NCBI RefSeq assembly: GCF_042660085.1
Contig: NZ_JBHSTI010000008.1
Location: forward strand, 390,001 to 422,000
Reading direction: 5' to 3'
Origin: Longivirga aurantiaca
GTDB lineage: Bacteria; Actinomycetota; Actinomycetes; S36-B12; CAIYMF01
DNA length: 32,000 bases
The notes beneath the pieces are model-generated. The model made no database searches and had not been told where the DNA came from. It saw only the letters and a list, made by a program, of their open reading frames with translations. How positions within the stretch are numbered: position 1 is the stretch's first letter; every line of letters starts with the position of its first letter. This document shows, one piece after another, positions 18,680 to 26,061 of the stretch. Made by a program: the position numbers and the translations under genes.

Positions 18680-20119
18680 ATGGAGTTCTACGGCCACATC
18701 ATCGACGGCGTCGAGGTCGAGTCGCTCGACGGCGCCCGCATGGACAGCATCGACCCGTACACCCGCGAGCCGTGGGCGACCGTCGCGCTCGGCGGCCGCG
18801 CCGACGCCGCCCGCGCCGTCGCAGCCGCGCGGAAGGCCTTCGACGAGGGCCCGTGGCCGCGGATGGGCTATGAGAAGCGCCAGACGCTGATGCACCGCCT
18901 GGCCGACCTCATGCTCGAGAACGCCGAGGCGCTCGCCCTCGCCGACACCCGCGACATGGGCAAGCCCATCGCCCAGGCCCGCCACGACGTCGCGCGCTCG
19001 GCCTGGAACTTCCGGTTCTTCGCCGACCACGCCCGCCTCACCGCCGGCGAGAACTACCCGATGGACAGCGGCCACCACGCCTACAGCCGCTTCGGTCCGG
19101 CCGGCGTCGTCTCGGCCATCGCGCCGTGGAACTTCCCGCTGATGCTCGAGACGTGGAAGGTCGCGCCCGCCCTCGCGTGGGGCAACACCGTCGTCCTCAA
19201 GCCGGCCGAGGACACCCCGGTGTCGGCCGTCATCCTCGGCCGTCTCGCGATCGAGGCGGGCTTCCCGCCGGGCGTGCTCAACGTCGTGCAGGGCTATGGC
19301 CCCGACTCCGCGGGTGCCGAGCTCACCGAGAACGTCGACGTCGACCGCATCACCTTCACCGGCGAGTCCGGAACCGGTCGCATCATCGGCGGCGTCGCCG
19401 CGAAGCGCCTCTGCCCGGTGAGCCTCGAGCTGGGCGGCAAGGGCGCCAACATCGTGTTCGCCGACGCCGACCTCGACAACGCGGTCGACTGGTCGGTCCA
19501 GGCGATCTTCCGCAACGCCGGCCAGGTGTGCCTCGCCGGCAGCCGGCTCTACGTGCAGCGCGAGGTGTACGACGAGTTCCTCGAGCGCTTCGTCGCCGCC
19601 GCCGAGGCCATGCAGATCGGAGATCCCCAGGACGACGCGACGCAGTTCGGCCCCCTGGCGAGCGAGGAGCACTGGACGAAGGTCAGCGGCTACCTCGGCG
19701 GCATCGAGGCGGACGGCGGCAAGGTGCTGACCGGTGGCCACGGCGAGGGCTGGTTCGTGCGCCCGACGATCGTGGTCGATGCGCCTGCCGACGCGCGGGT
19801 CTGCACCGAGGAGATCTTCGGCCCGGTCGTCGTCGTGCACCCGTTCGACACCGAGGCCGAGGCGGTCCGTCTCGCGAACGACACCCGGTACGGCCTGAAC
19901 GCCATGCTCTTCACCGAGAACCTGAGCCGCGCGCACCGCGTCTCCGAGGCGCTCAAGGCCGGCACCGTGTGGGTGAACTGCTTCTTCATCCGCGACCTGC
20001 GCGCGCCGTTCGGCGGTGTCGGCGACTCCGGGGTCGGCCGCGAGGGCGGTGCCTTCAGCCGTGAGTTCTTCACCGAGCCGAAGGCCGTGGTCATGCAGAT
20101 CTCGCCCGACCGCGGGTAG
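18680..20119 (+). CDS. NAD(P)+-dependent aldehyde dehydrogenase (hydroxymuconic-semialdehyde dehydrogenase-like)
   Basis: 479 aa. Motifs: APWNFPL, VVLKPAEDTP, catalytic Glu in LELGGKG, catalytic Cys in NAGQVCLAGSR, and EEIFGPV. The C-terminal NCFFIRDLRAPFGG resembles the HpaE/XylG-type subgroup. Confidence 0.9.
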   Translation: MEFYGHIIDGVEVESLDGARMDSIDPYTREPWATVALGGRADAARAVAAARKAFDEGPWPRMGYEKRQTLMHRLADLMLENAEALALADTRDMGKPIAQARHDVARSAWNFRFFADHARLTAGENYPMDSGHHAYSRFGPAGVVSAIAPWNFPLMLETWKVAPALAWGNTVVLKPAEDTPVSAVILGRLAIEAGFPPGVLNVVQGYGPDSAGAELTENVDVDRITFTGESGTGRIIGGVAAKRLCPVSLELGGKGANIVFADADLDNAVDWSVQAIFRNAGQVCLAGSRLYVQREVYDEFLERFVAAAEAMQIGDPQDDATQFGPLASEEHWTKVSGYLGGIEADGGKVLTGGHGEGWFVRPTIVVDAPADARVCTEEIFGPVVVVHPFDTEAEAVRLANDTRYGLNAMLFTENLSRAHRVSEALKAGTVWVNCFFIRDLRAPFGGVGDSGVGREGGAFSREFFTEPKAVVMQISPDRG

Positions 20120-20143
20120 CCGCCAGCACCTGTCCGGGCATGG

Positions 20144-20178
20144 CAGAGGGCGCGCAGCCGTCGGCTGCGCGCCCTCTG
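20144..20178. terminator. Bidirectional terminator hairpin between convergent genes (16-bp perfect stem, 3-nt loop)
   Basis: cagagggcgcgcagcc gtc ggctgcgcgccctctg. It lies between the aldehyde dehydrogenase stop (20119) and the receiver gene stop (20199). Confidence 0.65.
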
Positions 20179-20198
20179 GCGCCGAGGTCCCGTTCGGT

Positions 20199-20594
20199 CT
20201 ACGAGGCGCTCTGCAGCGCCGGGCTGTTCTCGGCGAGCAGGCGCTCGATCCACTCGAGCAGGTTCAGGTGGTCGAACGGCTTGTTGAGGTAGAGGCTCGC
20301 GCCCGTCGTCCAGCCGGCCCATGTGGTGTCGTCGTCGCCGGCCGCCGTGAGCAGCACGACGGGCACGTCGCGCAGCAGGGCGTCGGAGCGGACCCGTACC
20401 AGCACGTCGATGCCGCTCATACCCGGCATCATGATGTCGAGCAGCACGAGATCGGGCCGCTGCGCGGCCATGGCCACGAGTGCGGATGGGCCGTCCTCGG
20501 CCTCTGCCACGTCGTAGTCCTCGAGCTCGAGGACGTCCCGGAGCAGGGATCGCACCGAGAACTCGTCGTCGACGATCAGGATCCTGCGCATCAT
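20199..20594 (-). CDS. Stand-alone response-regulator receiver (CheY-like, no output domain)
   Basis: 131 aa starting MMRRILIVDDEFSVR. It has the acidic pocket DDE, the phospho-acceptor Asp in LVLLDIMMPGMSG, a conserved T in VVLLTA and K in YLNKPF. The ATG at 20594 is preceded by GGAG, which overlaps the kinase stop (TAGGAGTCATG). Confidence 0.85.
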   Translation of the reverse strand: MMRRILIVDDEFSVRSLLRDVLELEDYDVAEAEDGPSALVAMAAQRPDLVLLDIMMPGMSGIDVLVRVRSDALLRDVPVVLLTAAGDDDTTWAGWTTGASLYLNKPFDHLNLLEWIERLLAENSPALQSAS

Positions 20595-20599
20595 GACTC

Positions 20600-22849
20600 C
20601 TAGGCGGTGCGGGCGAACGGGACGGACGGTGCGGACGCTGGTGCAGCCGCCATGGCCGTGGCTTCGGTGCGCGGCAGGCGGACGGTGAAGGTCGCGCCCT
20701 GGCCGGGCTGCGAGATGACGGTGAGGCTGCCGCCCATGGCGATGGCGAGCTCGCGGGCGATGTAGAGCCCGAGGCCGCTGCCGCTGGTGCGCATCGTCAT
20801 CGAGTCCTCGACGCGGTAGAACCGCTCGAAGACGCGCTCGACATCGCCGGCGACCAGGCCGCAGCCCTGGTCGGTCACGGTCACGACGGCGTGCGTGTCG
20901 CCGAACTCCGACTCCGGCACGCGGACGGTGATCGGCGTGCCCTCGGGCGAGTACTTCATCGCGTTGGAGAGCAGGTTCGACAGGATCTGCACCGAGCGCA
21001 CGGAGTCGCACCAGACCGGCACGGCGGTCTCGGGCTGCTCGACCACGAGCCGGCTCGCAATCGCCGGGAACGACTGTGTCGCGGCGGACACGATCGTGCG
21101 GAGGTCGTGGCCCTGCGGCGCGGTGGCGAGCTTGGAGCCGAGGGTGCCCGAGGCGCGCGAGGCCATGAGCAGGTCCTCGACGAGCCGGCCGAGGTGGTCG
21201 GCGCGGTCGGCGATGAGCTCGTACGCCGAACGCCGCTTCTCCGGGGTCATCGCGTCTCCGCGCGCGAGGAGGAGCTGCGCGTATCCCTTGATGGGCGTGA
21301 TCGGCGTACGCAGCTCGTGCGAGATCGTCGCGACGAAGTCGCTCTTGAGCCGGTCCGCGCGGGCCTGCGACGTGACGTCGTGGACGGTCAGGATCGCGAC
21401 CGGCTCGCCGTCCGCGTTGGCGCGGGCACGGACCACGGCGACGGCGATGTCGCGGGTCTCGCCGTCCGGGCGGGTGATGGTGAACGGCCTCGGCTCGGCT
21501 TCGGCCTGGCCCTGGCCCATCACGATGCCGTCGACGACGGCGGTCGCGATCACGGACGTGAGAGCGGTGGGGGCGTCGGCCATCGGGCCCATGGCGACGG
21601 ACTCGGTGACGCCGGTGATGCGCGCGAGGGCCGGGCTCCACAGCCGGACGCGACCGGTGCCGGTCAGCACGGCGATGCCGTCGGAGGCGTTCTCGACGAC
21701 GGCCTTGAGCTTGCTCGTCTCCTCGACGAGGGCGGCGTGACGCTCGGCGCTGCGGACGGCGCTGCAGAGGGAGGCGGCGACGGTGGTGAGCACGGCCTCG
21801 TCGGTCGCCTTGAGCGCCCACGGGTGCTTGGCGCCCGGCGTGTCGCCGAGGAGCAGGGCGCCGCGACGGCCGTCGCCGAGCTCGAGGCCGACCGACACGG
21901 CCGAGCCCCAGCCGTCGGGGAGGCGGGAGACCGGCACCGGCACGACGCCCTCGGATGCCGGGAAGGTGGAGGTGAGGTCGTCGTCGGCCGGCAGCAGCAC
22001 CTGCACCGCGCCGGCGCCGAACGCGGCGCGGATGGCGTCCGACGCGTCGGCGAGCAGCTCGGGCACCGGGCGCTCGGCGGTGAGGATGCCGGAGAGCGTG
22101 ACGAGCCAGCGGTTGCGCTCGCGCTCCTCCGCGCGCTGCGAGGTGGAGCGGTACGCGTACCAGAGGGCCATGGCCGGGAGCAGGGTGAACGGCAGGAGCC
22201 AGACCGACACGGGGACGATCGCGACGGCGACCGCACCCACGCCGATCGATCCGATGGTCATGAGGACCGACAGGCCCCAGACGTCGGCCGTGAAGGCGCG
22301 GAAGCTGATCCCCTCGGCGGCCTTGAGCACGGTGGCCAGGAGGAGGGTGTTGACGATCGTGAAGACCGTCATGGCCACGACGAGTGCGACGACGCCGCGG
22401 AACGAGAAGCGGTCGGCGCCGCCGGTGATGGCGAGGTAGGTGGTGACGGCCGCCACGGTCGAGGTCGCGTACGAGCCGAGGTTGAAGGCGACCTTCTTCG
22501 CCGGGATGCGCAGGGCAAGCTGCACGAGCGCGAGGCCGACGAGCGGTGCCACGACCGCCCACGCCGGGTCCAGCACGAGGATGCCGGCGACCGTGACGAT
22601 CTCGAAGAACGTCAGATCCTCCTTGCCGCCCCCGTGCATCAGCGGCACCGAGACGATCTCGGACACGGCCGCGGCGAGGGCGAACGCCATGATCGCGAGC
22701 GGGGCGTGCACGTCCGAGAACCCGGTCGGCTCTGCGAGCGCCGGGATGACGAGGGCGGCGAGCCCGAGGCTCACCGCTCCCGCGATGCACACGGCGCCCA
22801 CGACCGCAGGCACGTCGAGCCTGCGGCCGAGGGCGGTCGTGTTCGACAT
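20600..22849 (-). CDS. Sensor histidine kinase: ~8-TM N-terminal domain, GAF-like, PAS, HisKA, HATPase_c
   Basis: The ATG at 22849 (MSNTTALGRR) is in frame with the track ORF and gives 749 aa. Residues 1-233 are almost entirely hydrophobic helices with very short loops. The H-box is FVATISHELRTPITPIKGY, the N-box LSNLLSNAMKYSP, G1 DQGCGL and G2 GSGLGLYIAREL. The upstream 249 codons of the track ORF are a shadow of the protease repeat region. Confidence 0.85.
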   Translation of the reverse strand: MSNTTALGRRLDVPAVVGAVCIAGAVSLGLAALVIPALAEPTGFSDVHAPLAIMAFALAAAVSEIVSVPLMHGGGKEDLTFFEIVTVAGILVLDPAWAVVAPLVGLALVQLALRIPAKKVAFNLGSYATSTVAAVTTYLAITGGADRFSFRGVVALVVAMTVFTIVNTLLLATVLKAAEGISFRAFTADVWGLSVLMTIGSIGVGAVAVAIVPVSVWLLPFTLLPAMALWYAYRSTSQRAEERERNRWLVTLSGILTAERPVPELLADASDAIRAAFGAGAVQVLLPADDDLTSTFPASEGVVPVPVSRLPDGWGSAVSVGLELGDGRRGALLLGDTPGAKHPWALKATDEAVLTTVAASLCSAVRSAERHAALVEETSKLKAVVENASDGIAVLTGTGRVRLWSPALARITGVTESVAMGPMADAPTALTSVIATAVVDGIVMGQGQAEAEPRPFTITRPDGETRDIAVAVVRARANADGEPVAILTVHDVTSQARADRLKSDFVATISHELRTPITPIKGYAQLLLARGDAMTPEKRRSAYELIADRADHLGRLVEDLLMASRASGTLGSKLATAPQGHDLRTIVSAATQSFPAIASRLVVEQPETAVPVWCDSVRSVQILSNLLSNAMKYSPEGTPITVRVPESEFGDTHAVVTVTDQGCGLVAGDVERVFERFYRVEDSMTMRTSGSGLGLYIARELAIAMGGSLTVISQPGQGATFTVRLPRTEATAMAAAPASAPSVPFARTA

Positions 22850-22850
22850 G

Positions 22851-24866
22851 TCAGACGTCCCACGCGTCCACGGACCAGCGGTGCGCGGACCAGCCGTCCA
22901 CCGACCAGCGGTGCGCGGACCAGCGGTGCGCCGACCAGGCGTAGTCGCTCCAGCGGTGCGCCGACCAGCGGTGCGCCGACCAGGCCTGCTCGTTCCACGC
23001 ATCGGAGGCCCAGTCGTTCGAGCTCCAGCGGTGGGCGACCCAGGCGAACGCCAGCCAGTCCTCGGTGGACCAGCGGTGCGCGTCCCAGGCCTCGGTGGAC
23101 CAGCGGTGCGCGTCCCAGGCCTCGCTCGACCAGCGGTGCGCGCTCCAGTCCGAGCCGGACCAGCGGTGCGCTGCCCAGTCGGCGAAGGACCAGCGGTGCG
23201 CTGCCCAGTCGTCGGAGGACCAGCGGTGGGCGACGAACGCGTCGGTGGCCCAGTCGCGGGACTTCCACGACTCGGTCGACCAGCGGTGCGCCAGCGCCTC
23301 GATCGCCGCGAACTCCTCCTCGTCGGCGCCGGCGTTGGCCGACACGAGCGAGAGGGAGAACGCGGTGGCTGCCCAGCGGCGGGTCTGCTCGGAGAGCGTC
23401 GCCCAGATCGCTGCCACTGCCTCGAGGTCGCCTGCGGCCCAGGCGTCGGAGAACTGCTGCCAGGCGGCGGCGTCGTCCGGGCTGGGCCCGTACGAGTCGT
23501 CGGCCAGCCTCGCGATCGAGCCCTTGACCGTGACGATCCTGGCCGTGGGCGCGGCGGCGAGTGCAGCAGCCAGGTCGAGGGCGCCGTCACCGGCACCGTC
23601 GGCCTTCCTCAGGTTCTTCGGGTCGTACGCGGTCTTCGTGAGCAGCTTCTTCACGGTGTCCGGGGTGAGCGCGGAGCGCGTCCCGATGAGCACTGCCGCC
23701 GCGCCGGCCGTGATGGCCTCGCTCATCGACGTGCCGCTACCGGTGAAGTAGCCGTCCCCGACGCGCGAGGCGGGGTTCTCGACGTCGGCCGTGCTGCCCG
23801 CGGCGCGGGTGGACACGAGCGAGACGCCGGGAGCGACGAGGTCGGGCTTGCTGGCCCCGAACTCGGTCCCGCGTGCGGAGAAGGTGGCGACGGTGTCGTT
23901 ACCGCGTGCCGAGGTGCCGTGCTCGTCGAGAGCGCCCACGGTGATGAGCGTGGGGTCGGCGCCGGGGCTGGTGACGGTTCCGTCGGCCGGGCCGTCGTTC
24001 CCTGCGGAGACGACGACCGTGAGGCCCTTGGCCCACAGCCGGTCGAGGGCCCGCGAGAGCGGGTCGGCCGACGGCGGCAGCGGGTCGCCGGTCGAGAGCG
24101 CGAGGCTCACGACGCGGACGGACGGGTCGGCCTTCGCGGCGTCGGCCACGGCCTGCAGGCCCGCGAGCACGCGGGAGAGCGAGGTCGAGCCGTCCGAGGT
24201 GGCGACCTGGACGTCGAGGATGCGGGCGCTGGGCGCGACGCCGGTGTAGGTGCCGCCCGAGGACGACCCGTCACCTGCGACCAGACCAGCCATGAACGTG
24301 CCGTGGCCCAGGCCGTCGCCAGCAGCTCCGCCGCTGACGTTGACGTGGGTGAGGCGCCCCGCGAGGTCGGCGACATCGGCGACGCCGGTGTCCACGACCG
24401 CGACGGTCACGCCGGAGCCGGTCGCCGTGCTGGGTGCGCCGATCGTGGCGCGATGGGTCGCGCCCCTCACGTCGCTCGCAGCCGTGGCGGTCGGTGCACC
24501 GGTCGTCTGCATCGGGACGTCGGCGACACGCACGGCCCCGTCCGGCGGGGTGACCCCGGCGGGCAGGGAGACGAGCAGCGCGTCGGCGACGTCGTAGACC
24601 GCGAGGACCTCGCCACCACGAGAGGTGACCCAGGCCGCTGCGGCATCGGGGGAGAGCGCCGATCCCTGCACGGAGAGCAGGGTGGGGGCGCCCGTGGCGG
24701 TCACCGCACTGGTTGCGGGAGCGCCGAGGGCGAAGGTCATCGCAGATGCTGCGAGGACTGCGCCGAGAGCGAGGCCGGAACGCTGTCCGACCCGGCCACG
24801 CATGAGCCGAGCTGCGGTGGTGCCACCGGCGGTGCCGGTGATCGTCACCCGCGACGTGCTGGCCAT
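22851..24866 (-). CDS. Secreted S8 (subtilisin-like) serine peptidase with C-terminal Trp-pentad repeat domain
   Basis: AGGAGG lies 5 nt upstream of the ATG at 24866. A signal-like segment (RGRVGQRSGLALGAVLAASAMTFALGAPA) and an I9-like propeptide are present. Catalytic residues: Asp in VAVVDTGV, His in GHGTFMAGLVAG, oxyanion Asn in SAGNDG, Ser in GSGTSMSEAITAG. The C-terminal 146 aa are repeats. The TGA stop is at 22851-22853, 1 nt before the kinase ATG. Confidence 0.85.
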   Translation of the reverse strand: MASTSRVTITGTAGGTTAARLMRGRVGQRSGLALGAVLAASAMTFALGAPATSAVTATGAPTLLSVQGSALSPDAAAAWVTSRGGEVLAVYDVADALLVSLPAGVTPPDGAVRVADVPMQTTGAPTATAASDVRGATHRATIGAPSTATGSGVTVAVVDTGVADVADLAGRLTHVNVSGGAAGDGLGHGTFMAGLVAGDGSSSGGTYTGVAPSARILDVQVATSDGSTSLSRVLAGLQAVADAAKADPSVRVVSLALSTGDPLPPSADPLSRALDRLWAKGLTVVVSAGNDGPADGTVTSPGADPTLITVGALDEHGTSARGNDTVATFSARGTEFGASKPDLVAPGVSLVSTRAAGSTADVENPASRVGDGYFTGSGTSMSEAITAGAAAVLIGTRSALTPDTVKKLLTKTAYDPKNLRKADGAGDGALDLAAALAAAPTARIVTVKGSIARLADDSYGPSPDDAAAWQQFSDAWAAGDLEAVAAIWATLSEQTRRWAATAFSLSLVSANAGADEEEFAAIEALAHRWSTESWKSRDWATDAFVAHRWSSDDWAAHRWSFADWAAHRWSGSDWSAHRWSSEAWDAHRWSTEAWDAHRWSTEDWLAFAWVAHRWSSNDWASDAWNEQAWSAHRWSAHRWSDYAWSAHRWSAHRWSVDGWSAHRWSVDAWDV
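22854..23291 (-). repeat. In-frame coding tandem repeat: 29 consecutive 15-bp (pentad) units, 13 of them encoding AHRWS; partly organised as 30-bp units
   Basis: The plus-strand motif ccagcggtg recurs 13 times. From 23070 to 23220 it has strict 30-bp phasing. Exact 30-bp duplicates lie at 23061-23090 and 23091-23120. A 23-bp exact duplicate lies at 23158-23180 and 23188-23210. Confidence 0.95.
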
Positions 24867-25117
24867 GTCGGCCTCCTGACAGAGGAACCCAGGGATGTAT
24901 CGGCACACCGGCAGCCGACATTCATACGCCGTTGGGGTGACTGGCGGCCGCTCACCGATTCGTGCTCAGGGGCCCGTTGAAGAAGGTCATCGAACGCGGG
25001 GGCATGCGGTGCGCACCGCCTTCCGGGTGAGAAGCGGTCGCCCGCGGGCACGTTCGGTGAGGCTGCCCTGGGTGCGCCCGCAGGCATCTGGCGCACCGCG
25101 CACGGTTGGATGGGCGC

Positions 25118-25468
25118 ATGCCCGACGAGCTGCCCCCGTGCCCCGAGTGCTCCAGCGCGTACACCTACGCGATGGGGGCGCTGCTCGTATGCCCCGAGTG
25201 CGCGCACGAGTGGTCGCCGTCCGGCGGATCCGAGGACGGCGGCGGCCGGGTGATCCGGGACGCCGTCGGCAACGTGCTCGCCGACGGTGACGACGTCACG
25301 ATCGTGAAGGACCTCAAGGTCAAGGGTGCCGGCGGCGGATCGATCAAGGTCGGCACCAAGGTGCGCGGCATCCGTCTGATCGACGGCGTCGGCGACCACG
25401 ACATCGACGCGAAGGTCGACGGCTTCGGCCCCATGCAGCTGAAGTCGAGCGTCGTGAAGAAGGTCTGA
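25118..25468 (+). CDS. yjdM: Zinc-ribbon protein YjdM/PhnA
   Basis: MPDELPPCPECSSAYTYAMGALLVCPECAHEW...VTIVKDLKVKG...IKVGTKVRGIRLIDGVGDHDIDAKVDGFGPMQLKSSVVKK aligns along its whole length with E. coli YjdM as I remember it. The ATG at 25118 is preferred over the track TTG at 25106. Confidence 0.85.
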   Translation: MPDELPPCPECSSAYTYAMGALLVCPECAHEWSPSGGSEDGGGRVIRDAVGNVLADGDDVTIVKDLKVKGAGGGSIKVGTKVRGIRLIDGVGDHDIDAKVDGFGPMQLKSSVVKKV

Positions 25469-25632
25469 TCGGCCGCTGCCCGCACGCGATCGCTCTCCGG
25501 GGCCACGGCCGCGCACTGCGACGTGACGTGGGGCGTCCCGCCTTCACGGGCCGCCCAGCTGTTCCCGGCCTTGGGTGGAGGAAGACGTGCGCTGCGGCGT
25601 CGCTCGCCCGTCCTCGGATCGAGGTGGTGGCC

Positions 25633-25938
25633 ATGAGCCACACGACGCGAACCGCTGGGCCCCGGCGTGAACAGGTACAGCTCGCCGTAGGCGCCGTGCT
25701 CCTCGGCGCCGGCGTCGTCCTCCTCCTGCTCGGTCGCACGACCGCGGCGGACGTGCTCCTCCTGCTCGCGACGGCGCAGGGCTTCGTGCTCTCGCTGGTC
25801 GCGACCGTCCGCGCCGTACGGCACCGCCAGCTGAGCGTCGACGTCATCGCGCTGCTCGCTCTCGTCGGGGCCCTGGCCGTGGGCGAGCACCTCGCAGCAG
25901 CCGTCGTCGCGCTCATGCTCGCCACCGGGCAGCTGCTC
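25633..25938 (+). pseudogene. N-terminal remnant (~102 codons) of a heavy-metal P1B-type ATPase
   Basis: This GC3-rich frame encodes two or three TM helices, and VRAVRHRQLSVDVIALLALVGALAVGEHLAAAVVALMLATGQLL. That segment matches the conserved region of P1B ATPases (R-G-x-[LV]-G-[IM]-D-x-L... GE...A..V..[LM]...G..LE) just before the actuator domain. Similarity ends after GQLL. No actuator, DKTGT or nucleotide-binding regions follow. The frame stays open only as a shadow of trpB2. Confidence 0.5.
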
Positions 25939-26005
25939 TGGCGATCCCCTGGCCGCCGGGTGAATGCGGGCGCCGTCACCCGCCGGCGGCCGGTCGGCGG
26001 ACATA

Positions 26006-26053
26006 CGACGCGAGAGGCCGCCCGGCGGGTGCGCCGGACGGCCTCTCGTCGTG
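26006..26053 (-). terminator. Long GC-rich hairpin downstream of the TrpB2 gene
   Basis: acgac-gc-gagaggccg-c-ccggcg ggtg cgccgg-a-cggcctctc-gtcgt, about 20 paired positions with two small bulges. It is separated from the trpB2 stop (26062-26064) by a G8 run (26054-26061). Confidence 0.55.
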
Positions 26054-26061
26054 GGGGGGGG

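Noticed and set aside
22854-23291. The regular 30-bp periodic repeat could be mistaken for a CRISPR array.
   Set aside because: The repeats are in frame within a GC3-rich coding sequence and continuous with an S8 protease domain. The inter-repeat segments are only about 15 bp and are themselves conserved (Trp codon in register). No cas genes or leader are present.
22854-23291. Assignment of the C-terminal repeat to the classical pentapeptide-repeat family (A(D/N)LXX, right-handed quadrilateral beta-helix).
   Set aside because: The five-residue period is shared but the residues are not. There is no small residue at i-2, no D/N at i-1 and no Leu/Phe centre pattern. Instead Trp is invariant and flanked by Arg/His or acidic residues. 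Calling it that family would be unsupported without a profile search.
23065-23751. Plus-strand 228-aa ORF with its own repeat (DQRCA...) antisense to the protease gene.
   Set aside because: It is the mirror image of the AHRWS repeat. It has no RBS or recognisable domain, and the opposite strand carries complete S8 catalytic motifs.
24867-24908. A longer N-terminus for the S8 protease (MCRYIPGFLCQEAD...).
   Set aside because: The AGGAGG Shine-Dalgarno lies inside this extension, 5 nt upstream of the ATG at 24866, so the shorter start is far more plausible.
26054-26061. The G8 homopolymer as a possible slipped-strand phase-variation switch.
   Set aside because: It lies outside any coding sequence, immediately 3' of the trpB2 stop and next to the terminator hairpin, so length changes would not shift a reading frame. 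At most it modulates termination.
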